A DNA stretch of 64,000 nucleotides from Candidatus Undinarchaeales archaeon (lineage in GTDB: Archaea; SpSt-1190; JASMDC01), in assembly GCA_030753015.1 (NCBI GenBank), contig JASMDC010000012.1, forward strand, positions 28,734-92,733, read 5' to 3'. Shown here piece by piece: positions 27,601 to 35,850 of this stretch. The notes beneath the pieces were generated by a model. It had not been told where the DNA came from. It searched no databases and saw nothing but the letters and a program-made list of their open reading frames with translations. A program made the position numbers and the translations under genes. The stretch's first letter is position 1, and the number at the start of each line of letters is the position of its first letter.

Positions 27601-30193
27601 TCTCCTCAATAACGGTCCAGGCATTACCTATCTCCTTCCAGGCATTGTCCATGTCACCGCTCGCCGCAGCACTGTACGACTGGTAGAGATAGTCCTCTGC
27701 CACGCTTATGAGGTAGAGCATCTCCTCGATGTCGGCACCCATCATCTCCATCTCGAAAAGACGTTCCTGTGCTTCCTCGAGCTGGTTGTAGGCGTTCTCG
27801 AGCTCGTCCTCGAACGCGAAGCCTTCAGGCTCTCTGGCTCGCTGGAACGCGCGATTTATGAACTTGTGCACCCTGCGAGCGAAACCCTCGAAGCGGTGCT
27901 GGACATCGATGATGTATCCGATATCGCCGGAGCCCTCCGCTTCCGTGAGCTCGTTCTGGATGTTTTGGAGCTCCTCGAGGAGCCGGGAGAGCTCGATGCG
28001 GAACCTGCCCACGTCGGTGCCCTGTTCCTCAAGCTCGTTGAGCGACTCGTCAAAGGCAGTGATTTCAAGATCGAGATCCATGATGCCGATCGAGGTCTCC
28101 AGACGAGCTACGAGCATGTTCGCATTCTCGGCAAGGAAGTCGACCTCTTCGAGCTTGCCCTCGAGGATGAGCTGCTGGGCCTCATCGATAAGGAGGCGCA
28201 GCTCCTCGATGATCTCCTCTTCGACGGAGAGATCGTAGCCGGCACCCTTGAGCTCCTCGACCTTCTCAGCGAGACCTTCGATGTATTGCTTACCATCGTC
28301 TAGGTCGTGTTGGTAGCGTCGGTGGTCCTTCTTCCGGTCAAGCTGCTCACGGATATCCAGCACTTGATCCCAATTGTCTGAGCTGCTACCAGCATCCTTG
28401 AGCGCACCGAGCAGGTCCTGCAGGTCACCGAGGTCGACATTCTCGTCCTCGGCCTCTTCGAACTCGTACTGAAGGCTCTTGAGGGCGGAATCGAACTGCC
28501 GGCTCTCCACCTCGGAAGAAACATCCTCCTCATCGCTACCGAGTTGGGCTCTACCTATGAGTTTCCCGATCTCACCCACCTTGTGCTTGATCTCCTTACC
28601 CGCGTGCTTGAAGGCGTCGATGTCCTTCGCGTCGAGGGCGTAGAACTCAGCGTCCCTTCCTAGCCGCTGGACAGCCTTGAGGAGGTAGCGCATCTTCTTG
28701 TCCTCCCCGAACTCCTTCTCGAAGGACTCGACTTTCTCCTCAAGGGCGAGGATGATGTCCTTGATGTCCTTGAGCTCCTTGCGAACGTCGTTCTTCTCGG
28801 AATCTACCATTTCTTCGATTCGTTCGGCCCGGCGATCCTTGTCAAGGCTGGAGACAATCGCCCACTCGCTCTGTGAGGCGAGGTCCTGGGCCAGACGTGC
28901 CTGACGGAAGCCCTCTACGTACTTCTCTCCCGCCAGTGATTCCTGGGCTCTGGCGAGAGCGGCCTCTGCCTTGTCGATGAACTCGAGGGCCTTCTTTAGC
29001 ACACCCTCTTCGATGGTGATGTCGTCCTTGAAATTGGCGACGAGCACGCGCATTTCGCCAATGACAACCTCAGCGCGTCCAGCCTCGTCGACGGCCTTCT
29101 TGGCGAGCTGGAGCCGCGCGAGCTCCTTCTCAAGAGCACTGATCTTGGAAGCGAGGTCCTTGGCCTTCTTAGCATACTTCTCCTTGGCATCGCGGACCTG
29201 TTTCGCCACCGCGGCCACAGGGTCCTCTCCCTCCACCTTCTGGATGGCGTCCTCGGTAACGTTCTGCTCCTTGAAGCGCTCCACGAGCTCTTCCGAGAGA
29301 CCGCTGTCACCAACGACGATGATATTGGTGATGTTGTAGTTACGGACGAAGTCGGCCAGTTCCTTGGTCTTGCTGGTGTCAGAGATGACGAACACGACCG
29401 TGTCCTCGGCGTCCGCGGGCATCTTGAGGATGTCCTCGTAGTTATCCTCGGTGACGATGATACGTGCGGTGGTGATGCCCTCGATCTCGGTGAGCTTGCT
29501 CTTGATATGGCCGAGTATACGGTCGAGGGTCTTGTCGATGGAGGATCCGGCCACCTTTGTCAGTGTGGGTCCGATGGACTCTATCGCCGATGTAAGGTTC
29601 TCGGAGGGGTTGGTTCCCACGAGCACCACATTCGAGACATTGAGGCCGGTGAGGAGCGATGCCGCATCGACTGAGAGCGCGTCACAAGGAGTGAGCAGGA
29701 TAGGGGATTCATACATCCGTGCAAGGGACAACGATGCAGCCAGCTGCTTGTACTCCTCACCCACGGAGTATATGTTGTCGCATACTAGAACGGCGTTGTC
29801 AGTCCCCGTTGAGAACCAGAAGTACATACCGATGCTGGCGGCCGTACCATAGCGCGTCATGTCCCAAATGCGCTCGGTCGTGAAGCCAATCTCATTGATT
29901 TTTTTCTCGACGTCCTCACTGATGACGGCAGGCCCACCAATTATATAGACCGTCTTGGGATTAAGGTCCCGCAACGTGGCCTCCACCGCCTCGGAGAGCT
30001 CGTTCTCGTCCGTTACGATGACCGGTGCACCGATATGGTTCGCAGCGGCCGCCGCAACGACGGAATCAGGGTAGTTCACCGTGGTGGTGAGGAACACCGC
30101 GTCCACGGTCTCTTCTGCCATGGCCAAGGTGGCCATGAACACGGTTAATATGAGTAAAATGCGCAATCCTCTATACATAGCCTTCGCCTCCAA
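24614..30193 (-). CDS. Giant secreted protein: CWB2 (cell wall binding repeat 2)-like anchor, long helical-repeat stalk, Cys-rich tip
   Basis: Signal peptide; NYPD..AA..A....APVIVT...L...V...L..L.P..VYIIGGPAVIS...RYGTA CWB2 signature; repeated E.[YF].G.D helical units; duplicated CGDG.C...E...NCCKDCGC module. Confidence 0.9.
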   Translation of the reverse strand: MEAKAMYRGLRILLILTVFMATLAMAEETVDAVFLTTTVNYPDSVVAAAAANHIGAPVIVTDENELSEAVEATLRDLNPKTVYIIGGPAVISEDVEKKINEIGFTTERIWDMTRYGTAASIGMYFWFSTGTDNAVLVCDNIYSVGEEYKQLAASLSLARMYESPILLTPCDALSVDAASLLTGLNVSNVVLVGTNPSENLTSAIESIGPTLTKVAGSSIDKTLDRILGHIKSKLTEIEGITTARIIVTEDNYEDILKMPADAEDTVVFVISDTSKTKELADFVRNYNITNIIVVGDSGLSEELVERFKEQNVTEDAIQKVEGEDPVAAVAKQVRDAKEKYAKKAKDLASKISALEKELARLQLAKKAVDEAGRAEVVIGEMRVLVANFKDDITIEEGVLKKALEFIDKAEAALARAQESLAGEKYVEGFRQARLAQDLASQSEWAIVSSLDKDRRAERIEEMVDSEKNDVRKELKDIKDIILALEEKVESFEKEFGEDKKMRYLLKAVQRLGRDAEFYALDAKDIDAFKHAGKEIKHKVGEIGKLIGRAQLGSDEEDVSSEVESRQFDSALKSLQYEFEEAEDENVDLGDLQDLLGALKDAGSSSDNWDQVLDIREQLDRKKDHRRYQHDLDDGKQYIEGLAEKVEELKGAGYDLSVEEEIIEELRLLIDEAQQLILEGKLEEVDFLAENANMLVARLETSIGIMDLDLEITAFDESLNELEEQGTDVGRFRIELSRLLEELQNIQNELTEAEGSGDIGYIIDVQHRFEGFARRVHKFINRAFQRAREPEGFAFEDELENAYNQLEEAQERLFEMEMMGADIEEMLYLISVAEDYLYQSYSAAASGDMDNAWKEIGNAWTVIEEIHIRGHLEGILRHYQDVSWEVEEMVANGVDIGPALSIFNEIEDLIVEVQDDIEAGKFKSAGKLLGKIEKRFGGLHRALDETRMYFDFLREQEHILYEIEEMRFRAEELPGDVGARLNALLDEIEEGIDKAIKLAMNGQTRAAEKIFRNAMEKMPLVHFFYERTMIDENLYRMFEELDKMAYEGFDVSEMETKLKDVALCFDNAMDEMRNVRNPHEFQRIMGKCHHRMERLHREFESFMQWRHFNDQIEDAYRFLEDIDRRIEDASYSGFKVPDFVEDLRREYEEVLRTIEGLAKQGDFRRAERMFEKLWHLREQIEMSGAFIDIENRLSNIEQRLDEAEYDGVDTKPYRSAINDIREGIEEMRSSGIQSHRLGRALERFHRDIERIEREFESRRWLGGLEDRLRQMEDQLRDDEYNGIRVDDLYEELADLRAELRRVVREIQEMEGGRWDRIIHEFERKINALEQRRAIATIPREFERRFREMEQRLEDMEYDGIDTADARRGLKSLWYELDEFKEKLRTTEQMDRIWREQETFNRRVDEFQNSVFQQLEGQRITQEFQRRFEEIEDQIERMEYDGVDVSRAKSQFRELQNKLASMGSDLAGVRDIWRHFEPFQRELEQFQQSLWMLERLSGLTNELQGFEDEVDRMEYENVPGTEELNRILLDMKARAEEFRGELDGTYDAGRVMERFERDWEGYRFQFWRMQWLLWKSRDLRQMREDVQYHDQAQLKQLELYYEEMRVKALESDGRGWDRLQRDLEQRFNEMSENYWQSNSDGSSGGSSGGIEAYCGDGMCNGEESTGNCCKDCGCTGGEFCDTGSNICKPEDGGSQGGFCGDNECNGEENSGNCCKDCGCTGGEYCEYESNICKPEDDGTDGGSTDGGPSGYKCCQSPDDMDACRVDLDQPCPDKYQDLPDEWVDPNAPANCISPGPGMTDPPWCDMTSGGDPTGGDDHPDCYDAITDATCGELAECQWCEGDSAPHSCFPDDYTCGSGGKV
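24991..25243. repeat. Two-copy intragenic direct repeat, period 135 nt (45-aa Cys-rich module)
   Basis: cgtcctcgggcttgcagatgttcga...gtgcatccgcagtccttgcagcagttgcc...ctcctcaccgttgcac occurs at 24991 and 25126. Confidence 0.9.
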
Positions 30194-30325
30194 GTAACTT
30201 GACTTCCTAGTCTAGAACTCATTCGGTATGACATTTATAGGTTTCGTTCTGCTTATGAAGGATATAGACAATCTATACACGTCATTATATTTTCAGGAAC
30301 GAGGTAAGGGGACGAGGTTATCTGT

Positions 30326-31462
30326 ATGGACAAAACGGGACCAAGTGTGGAAGATGTGGTTTCCCAGCTGAAGGAATACGAGTTCTCCACCTTTCAACTC
30401 GGCACGACCTGCTTCCATGACAAGGACAATTTTATCCGGGCGATTACCGAGAGGTTCGGCGCCACCTTCGCAGAGAAACACCCCGACCTCACAATAGTGC
30501 TTGGACCGGGTACAATGGAGATCGTGACCCGCCCACTGTTCGTGTACGGGCGATACCTCAAGACCTCACGAGAGATACCACAGACAAGATGGCCCTGTCG
30601 CGTATGCAAGGGTGGCGGCTGTCCACGCTGCGATGGTACGGGGAAAATGTATCAGGAGAGCGTCGAGGAGATCTTGGGCGCTCCCCTTCTGGCAGATACC
30701 GGTGGGACGGGGACCCGGCTCCACGGCTGCGGTCGTGAGGACATCGACGCGCGGATGCTCGGTTCTGGACGGCCATTCGTGATCGAGGTAATCAATCCGC
30801 GCTGCCGCACCATCGACCTGCCAGAAATAACGCACGGGAAGGCCGACTACCTGTTCCTCAGGTTCTGCGAAAAGGGCATATCCAGGATGTTGAAGTCTTG
30901 TGCTGCGTTCAAACGTTATAGGGCGCAGGTCACCCTTGAGAACGAGGTCGACGATCTGCATCTCAAGAGGGTACACGATCTCTGTGGCGTCCGGATCGAC
31001 CAGCAGACACCTACCCGCGTCCTCCACCGTCGAAAGGACTTGAAGCGCGGCCGAGCGATAGCTAGTATAGTCTGTCGTCGCCGTGGGCCTACGGAGCTGG
31101 AGCTCGAGCTGGTCGTAGCCTCGGGCTTCTATGTCAAGGAGTTCGTCTCCGGTGACGGAGGGAGGAGCATACCGTCCCTTGCTGAGACCTTGGACGTCGG
31201 GTGTACGTGCTCACGCCTCGATGTATCGGCCGTGTTCGATCCCACGTTACTCGACCTCATCAGAGAGACCGGAGAGTCGGGCAGCGATCCTCATGAAGGA
31301 GCGCAAAGGATTGGTATGACGCTTTCCTGCGGCTGCAATCCTGAGACCCAGCTGGAGCGCATGTTCCCTGGTGATGAGCTGCCACCAGTGTTGGATGCGC
31401 TCTCATGTGCCGCCACCGCGGACGCATCGCTAGCGCTCACAAGACCTGACGATGACTTTTAA
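30326..31462 (+). CDS. pus10: tRNA pseudouridine(54/55) synthase Pus10
   Basis: GRYLK.SREIPQT.W, GREDIDARMLG.GRPF (catalytic Asp), QQTPTRVLHRR, YVKEFVSGDGGR. Confidence 0.95.
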   Translation: MDKTGPSVEDVVSQLKEYEFSTFQLGTTCFHDKDNFIRAITERFGATFAEKHPDLTIVLGPGTMEIVTRPLFVYGRYLKTSREIPQTRWPCRVCKGGGCPRCDGTGKMYQESVEEILGAPLLADTGGTGTRLHGCGREDIDARMLGSGRPFVIEVINPRCRTIDLPEITHGKADYLFLRFCEKGISRMLKSCAAFKRYRAQVTLENEVDDLHLKRVHDLCGVRIDQQTPTRVLHRRKDLKRGRAIASIVCRRRGPTELELELVVASGFYVKEFVSGDGGRSIPSLAETLDVGCTCSRLDVSAVFDPTLLDLIRETGESGSDPHEGAQRIGMTLSCGCNPETQLERMFPGDELPPVLDALSCAATADASLALTRPDDDF

Positions 31463-31466
31463 TTAG

Positions 31467-32531
31467 ATGAGAGCTACTGCTCAGTCCATGGATGAGGCTC
31501 ACGAGTCACTCGAGGACATCCTCAATAAGCGTCGCAAGATGGCAAATCGTCTCCAGGACGCCATAGCAGGCAGGGAGGACCCAGGGCTCCATCCAGGTGG
31601 TACAGCGCCTGATGAGGGGGAAGAACCAGCCCCTCTGGCCACGAGCGACCTTCATCCCCCCTCAGCAGATCTGTTCTCATCACCATCTCGTACTGCTGGC
31701 CCTGCTCCCTTTGACGAGGGCCTTCCGAGCATGAAGCGGGCCCCGAAGGGCGACGACTCCTTCCCTGAACCGGCAAGCCCTACCAAGGGGGACGATATGT
31801 TCCCTGAAGGCTCCGGTCCAGTAAAGGGTGACGATAGTTTCCCGGACGCTCCCGGTCCGACAAAGGGTGACGACCTTTTCCCCGAGCCTGTCTCGTTACC
31901 CGTTGATGACGGATTCCTACCTGAGGCAGAGCCTGATTCGTCAGCTACTGACGACGGATTCCTACCCGAGGCGAAGGAAGAGCCCGAGCCCATTGAGGAC
32001 GAATCCGAACCTGAATCCGAGGAGAAAGAACCAGAGCCCCTCCCTGTCCGGGAACCTGAGCTTATAGAAGATGAGCCCGAGCCCATAGAGGAAGAACCTG
32101 GACCTCTTCCAGTCCTCGAGCCCGAGCCCTTGGAGGAAGAACCTGAACGTCTCCCTGTCCTCGAGCCCGAGCCCGCAGAGGAAGAGCCTGAGCCCATCAC
32201 TCTACCCTTCCATGACGAGGAAGAGGAACTCGTTGTACCTTCACGTGAGCCTGTTGGACCACCTTCCGATGAGGAACCGGTTCCCGAGCCAAGTGAGGCA
32301 CCCCCGCGTGCAGTCCCTCTTGAGGAACCTCCAACTCGCTTCGAGCCTGAGACTATCCCCGAACCTGTGCACACGGGAGTCTCAGATATGGAGAAGGAGG
32401 TCCGTTCATTGAGCGAACAGCTTGACGGTCTCCTACGCGATCGCCAGCGGTTCCCCAACAGCGAGGTCTTCTACAACGTCCTTAACGAGGCCTCCAACGG
32501 ACTGAAGGACTCACTTGAGCTGCTACGGTGA
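31467..32531 (+). CDS. Pro/Glu-rich disordered protein with short helical termini
   Basis: Repeats KGDDxFP[ED] and EEEPEPLPV.EPE; amphipathic helices at both ends; directly follows pus10. Confidence 0.8.
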   Translation: MRATAQSMDEAHESLEDILNKRRKMANRLQDAIAGREDPGLHPGGTAPDEGEEPAPLATSDLHPPSADLFSSPSRTAGPAPFDEGLPSMKRAPKGDDSFPEPASPTKGDDMFPEGSGPVKGDDSFPDAPGPTKGDDLFPEPVSLPVDDGFLPEAEPDSSATDDGFLPEAKEEPEPIEDESEPESEEKEPEPLPVREPELIEDEPEPIEEEPGPLPVLEPEPLEEEPERLPVLEPEPAEEEPEPITLPFHDEEEELVVPSREPVGPPSDEEPVPEPSEAPPRAVPLEEPPTRFEPETIPEPVHTGVSDMEKEVRSLSEQLDGLLRDRQRFPNSEVFYNVLNEASNGLKDSLELLR

Positions 32532-32547
32532 TTACGAGAGCCCCCGG

Positions 32548-33141
32548 TCACGACTCGCTGAGAACCTCGTAGAGCTCTCGGTTCAGAACGACACGGTTGA
32601 CCTTGCCGAGCCGCTCCTTCGCGATGATGCCCTTATTCTCGAGGTTCTTGAGGATACGGTGGGTCTTGACCTTGTTGAGGTTGGGAAGATGCGATAGCTC
32701 ATACTGTTGGACCTTTCCTCCGTTCTCAAGGATCGTGTCCACAACCTTCCGCTCGAGAGGATTGAGGAATTTGAGGATGATACGCGTGTTCTTCTGAAGG
32801 ACCGTCTCCTGATGGACGATTCGGTCGGCCATGATGTAGTAGACCACCGTCCCGACGAACAACCCGATGAACGCGAAGAAGGGAAAGAAGTAGTAGGGGC
32901 GGAGTGTGGGCATCGACGCGTACTGTGCCTCCAGCTTGCTCTTGATTTCCTCCTTGGTCATCTGGTCGATAGCGTCAGGTGTGAGCCGGCCGGCGGCACG
33001 CTCCTCGTGCAGGAGGTTGTAGAAGAGACTCACCGATATGACTAGGAGGGCAAAGGAGACGATGAGGCCGATGCCAAGTACCTTGTTCTTGTTCCCCTCA
33101 GTATCCACTCCCTTTAGAAAGGGCGACATGTTTTTAACCAT
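32548..33141 (-). CDS. Membrane-anchored winged-helix regulator (COG2512-like)
   Basis: Two TM helices then L...ERKVV..I....G...Q.EL.....L.KVK..RILK.LE.KGII.....G..N.V.L wHTH. Confidence 0.85.
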   Translation of the reverse strand: MVKNMSPFLKGVDTEGNKNKVLGIGLIVSFALLVISVSLFYNLLHEERAAGRLTPDAIDQMTKEEIKSKLEAQYASMPTLRPYYFFPFFAFIGLFVGTVVYYIMADRIVHQETVLQKNTRIILKFLNPLERKVVDTILENGGKVQQYELSHLPNLNKVKTHRILKNLENKGIIAKERLGKVNRVVLNRELYEVLSES

Positions 33142-33174
33142 TTCTTGGAGGCGGATGCGCCGGCCAACGGTTAC

Positions 33175-33435
33175 ATGATTTTGAAACCGTCATCGTTCAC
33201 GAATCTGATAGTTTCAATAGGTTGTGCACTCGCTCAGTAGGGTTCACCTGAAGCGGCCGCACCAGAGGTCAAGTATGGTGGTTGTCCGATAGGGAGGGTC
33301 AACGACCTGTACGCCGGTGACTGCGAACAGTACGTGGATTCAGACCGGAACGGGTATTGTGATTTAAGCGAATACGTCATATTGGATATAGGGACGACCG
33401 TCGTCCCTTCCTCTGTACAGGTGTGTACTCCATGA
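33175..33435 (+). pseudogene. TAG-interrupted ORF encoding a CPxGxxND...C...VDxDxNGxCD motif peptide
   Basis: MILKPSSFTNLIVSIGCALAQ*(TAG 33238-33240)GSPE...GGCPIGRVNDLYAGDCEQYVDSDRNGYCDLSE...CTP*; final TGA overlaps the ATG of the DUF4405 gene. Confidence 0.55.
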
Positions 33436-33719
33436 AACGGACAGACATCAACTACATCGTCGACCTTGCCATGGCTGTATTCTTTCTCCTGAGCTTCATC
33501 ACCGGCCTCATCAAGTTCCCCGCCGTCCTCGTGTACGTACTACAGGTGTACAGTTCCCTTCCCATGTACAAAATCAACTGGGTGCACGACTACAGCGGGC
33601 TCGCTTTCGGCAGCCTTGGCGTGATCCACATAGTACTGCATTGGGATTGGCTCGTAGCGATGACACGAGGGAAGCTGGGTACAACGAAGCGCGAGACCAA
33701 AGAGCACAGTGATCAATGA
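33432..33719 (+). CDS. DUF4405-like small membrane protein (two conserved His, cytochrome b-like)
   Basis: INYIVDL....F.....TG...F......WVHDYSG.......IHIVLHWDW pattern. Confidence 0.82.
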   Translation: MKRTDINYIVDLAMAVFFLLSFITGLIKFPAVLVYVLQVYSSLPMYKINWVHDYSGLAFGSLGVIHIVLHWDWLVAMTRGKLGTTKRETKEHSDQ

Positions 33720-33776
33720 ACAGGGCAGGGCGCATCACGAGAAACCTTTTAATATCCGCTGAACCTCTCAGGCGCC

Positions 33777-34604
33777 ATGGCCCATTGTGCCGAGTGCGGC
33801 AAGGACGTCACCATGCCCTACAGGTGCAAGTTCTGCAGCCAGCATTTCTGCGATGACCACCGACTGCCCGAGAACCACAGCTGCTCGGGATTGGAGGAGT
33901 ACAAACGCAAACGTCGTGAGGGCCGCACAGATCCTGTAAAGGCCCGAAAAACGAGAGAGGAGCACGAGTCGCATATCATCTACACACCTTCACGGGTGCG
34001 GCATGAGGTCGTGATCGGGCCACCGGATGCCTTCCGTGTGACGAACCGGGCCCTCGTCCCTAAGATCGTTGGGTTGTGCGTGGCAGTGTACATACTTCAG
34101 TTCTATATTCTGGGTCCAGGGTTCACCAAAGCCTTCATGCTCTATCCCATTTATGCGTTCTCGCGACCTTGGACACTGGTCACGCACATGCTACTTCACG
34201 CGAATATAAGTCATTTATTCTTCAACATGTGGATCCTGTACCTCTTCGGCAACCGCCTGGAACAGGACATAGGGAGCGAGACCTTCATCACCATCTTCCT
34301 TCTTGCGGGTCTCTCTGGTGGACTGGCCTATGTGGTATTGAACCCGGGTTCACCCATGCCCGCCCTAGGGGCGAGCGGTGCGATCTATGGTGTGTTCGGC
34401 TGTCTTGCGATCCTGCGGCCGAACCTCACGGTGCTCATCCAGTTCCTCATACCCATGCGGCTCATCCACGCGGCCTTTCTTTACGCAGCCATCGACCTGA
34501 TGCAGTTCGGAGCCGCGGACAACGTGGGCCACGCAGCCCATCTGGCAGGTATCTTGGTGGGCTTTGCGGCAGGTAAGTACCTGCATGACCATGGTGTGCA
34601 CTGA
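33777..34604 (+). CDS. Rhomboid intramembrane serine protease with N-terminal AN1 zinc finger
   Basis: CAEC...CKFC...FC..HRLPE.H.C AN1 finger; PWT.VTHM.LH...H...NM, GASG (Ser), AAHLAG (His). Confidence 0.95.
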   Translation: MAHCAECGKDVTMPYRCKFCSQHFCDDHRLPENHSCSGLEEYKRKRREGRTDPVKARKTREEHESHIIYTPSRVRHEVVIGPPDAFRVTNRALVPKIVGLCVAVYILQFYILGPGFTKAFMLYPIYAFSRPWTLVTHMLLHANISHLFFNMWILYLFGNRLEQDIGSETFITIFLLAGLSGGLAYVVLNPGSPMPALGASGAIYGVFGCLAILRPNLTVLIQFLIPMRLIHAAFLYAAIDLMQFGAADNVGHAAHLAGILVGFAAGKYLHDHGVH

Positions 34605-34682
34605 ACTGACCGCCCACTGCGTCGTTGGGCGTGGACCCTAAGAAAATCCTACTCTATATAAAGCGAGAAAACAAAGAGTGTA

Positions 34683-35804
34683 ATGGGCACGATGGCCAAG
34701 GACGATGTGGGGAAGGAAACGTCATCTGAAGGGCCAAAGGACGATGCGGCCCGTAAGGATGAGGCTCCACCTAAGGCAACTGGTAAGAAGAAGAGCTCAT
34801 CCAAAGACGAGACCCCCCCCTCCAAGAAAGATGGTAGTGAACCCGCGGATGAAGCCCTCGATACGGAGGGTAAGGGAACAGCTCCGCCACCGGTGACCTG
34901 GGGGCAGTGGTTCCATGCCGAGCTCCTCGACTTGGAAAAGACCGTTGCTGCGCTCCTGGTGACCGCCCTCGTGGTCGTCGCGTTCAATAGCCTCGGCGGT
35001 ATATCAAAGTCATCTTCCGAAGTGATGATGACGGACCATGTGACGTCTGATTATGTCGCCGAACCGCCCCCGCCTCCCGAACCGACGGCCGATCTTAGTG
35101 TTAAGGGTCGTATGGGACCTGCTCCGACGATGGCTACACAGCGCGAGGGAGGAGGCACGGAGGGCACAGCTGACACGGGCTCCGAGACGGCAGGACCCGA
35201 TCCTATCCTCGACTTGGCCATTGAAGGACGCGAAACAGACCCGGCGCCGGTCAAGGACGAGGACACCTCCGACTATGAAGATATCGGAGGCGGCCCTGGA
35301 GGCGACGGGACGGGAGCGAGTGCAGCCATGGGATCCGCATTGGGCCGAGGTAACACCGCCCCCCCTAGCCCCCTGGAGCCTGATGCTGACGCTGCCTCTC
35401 CTGCTTTGCAGGAACCTGATGTTGGGCTGGGCGAGCCGAACTCCAAACGGCTGGACCAGGATGCTGCTACCGCACCGGACAAGGAAAAGAATAGCAGTGG
35501 CGTTTCGAACACCCTCCGCAACATGCTCGACCTCAAGGACATAGCGGAGATCTTCATCATCGTGCGCGCCTTCTTCCTCCTGAACGTCCGCCGGTTCCTG
35601 TGGACACAGCCCGCGTCCCCTTACCCCATGTCATATGCGGGCGCCCCTGGCTATCCTCAACAAGGGTACGGGTACCAGCAGTATGGCGCCCAGGGAGGCT
35701 ACCAGGATCAAGCGGCCATGTACCAGGGGCAGAGCTACCCACAGCAGCAAGCCTATCAGGGCCAAAGCAATCCTGCCCAACAACGCCCTTACCGCCAGTA
35801 TTGA
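34683..35804 (+). CDS. Membrane protein with disordered acidic loop and Gln/Tyr/Gly-rich C-terminal tail
   Basis: One clear TM (VAALLVTALVVVAF), second hydrophobic segment, tail YPQQGYGYQQYGAQGGYQ...RPYRQY; CTATATAAA upstream. Confidence 0.8.
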   Translation: MGTMAKDDVGKETSSEGPKDDAARKDEAPPKATGKKKSSSKDETPPSKKDGSEPADEALDTEGKGTAPPPVTWGQWFHAELLDLEKTVAALLVTALVVVAFNSLGGISKSSSEVMMTDHVTSDYVAEPPPPPEPTADLSVKGRMGPAPTMATQREGGGTEGTADTGSETAGPDPILDLAIEGRETDPAPVKDEDTSDYEDIGGGPGGDGTGASAAMGSALGRGNTAPPSPLEPDADAASPALQEPDVGLGEPNSKRLDQDAATAPDKEKNSSGVSNTLRNMLDLKDIAEIFIIVRAFFLLNVRRFLWTQPASPYPMSYAGAPGYPQQGYGYQQYGAQGGYQDQAAMYQGQSYPQQQAYQGQSNPAQQRPYRQY

Positions 35805-35850
35805 TCGCTGAGCGATAGGTTCTTAAACGGCTGGCGACATCCTCTTTTCG

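Noticed and set aside
24572-29852. Long plus-strand ORFs opposite the giant gene (393, 298, 326 aa), likewise 54690-55643 and 58836-59819
   Set aside because: Expected open antisense frames of GC3-biased genes; no motifs or promoters.
31740-32200. Periodic repeats as a possible CRISPR array (also 24991-25243 and 63848-63906)
   Set aside because: In-frame degenerate coding repeats without unique spacers; no cas genes.
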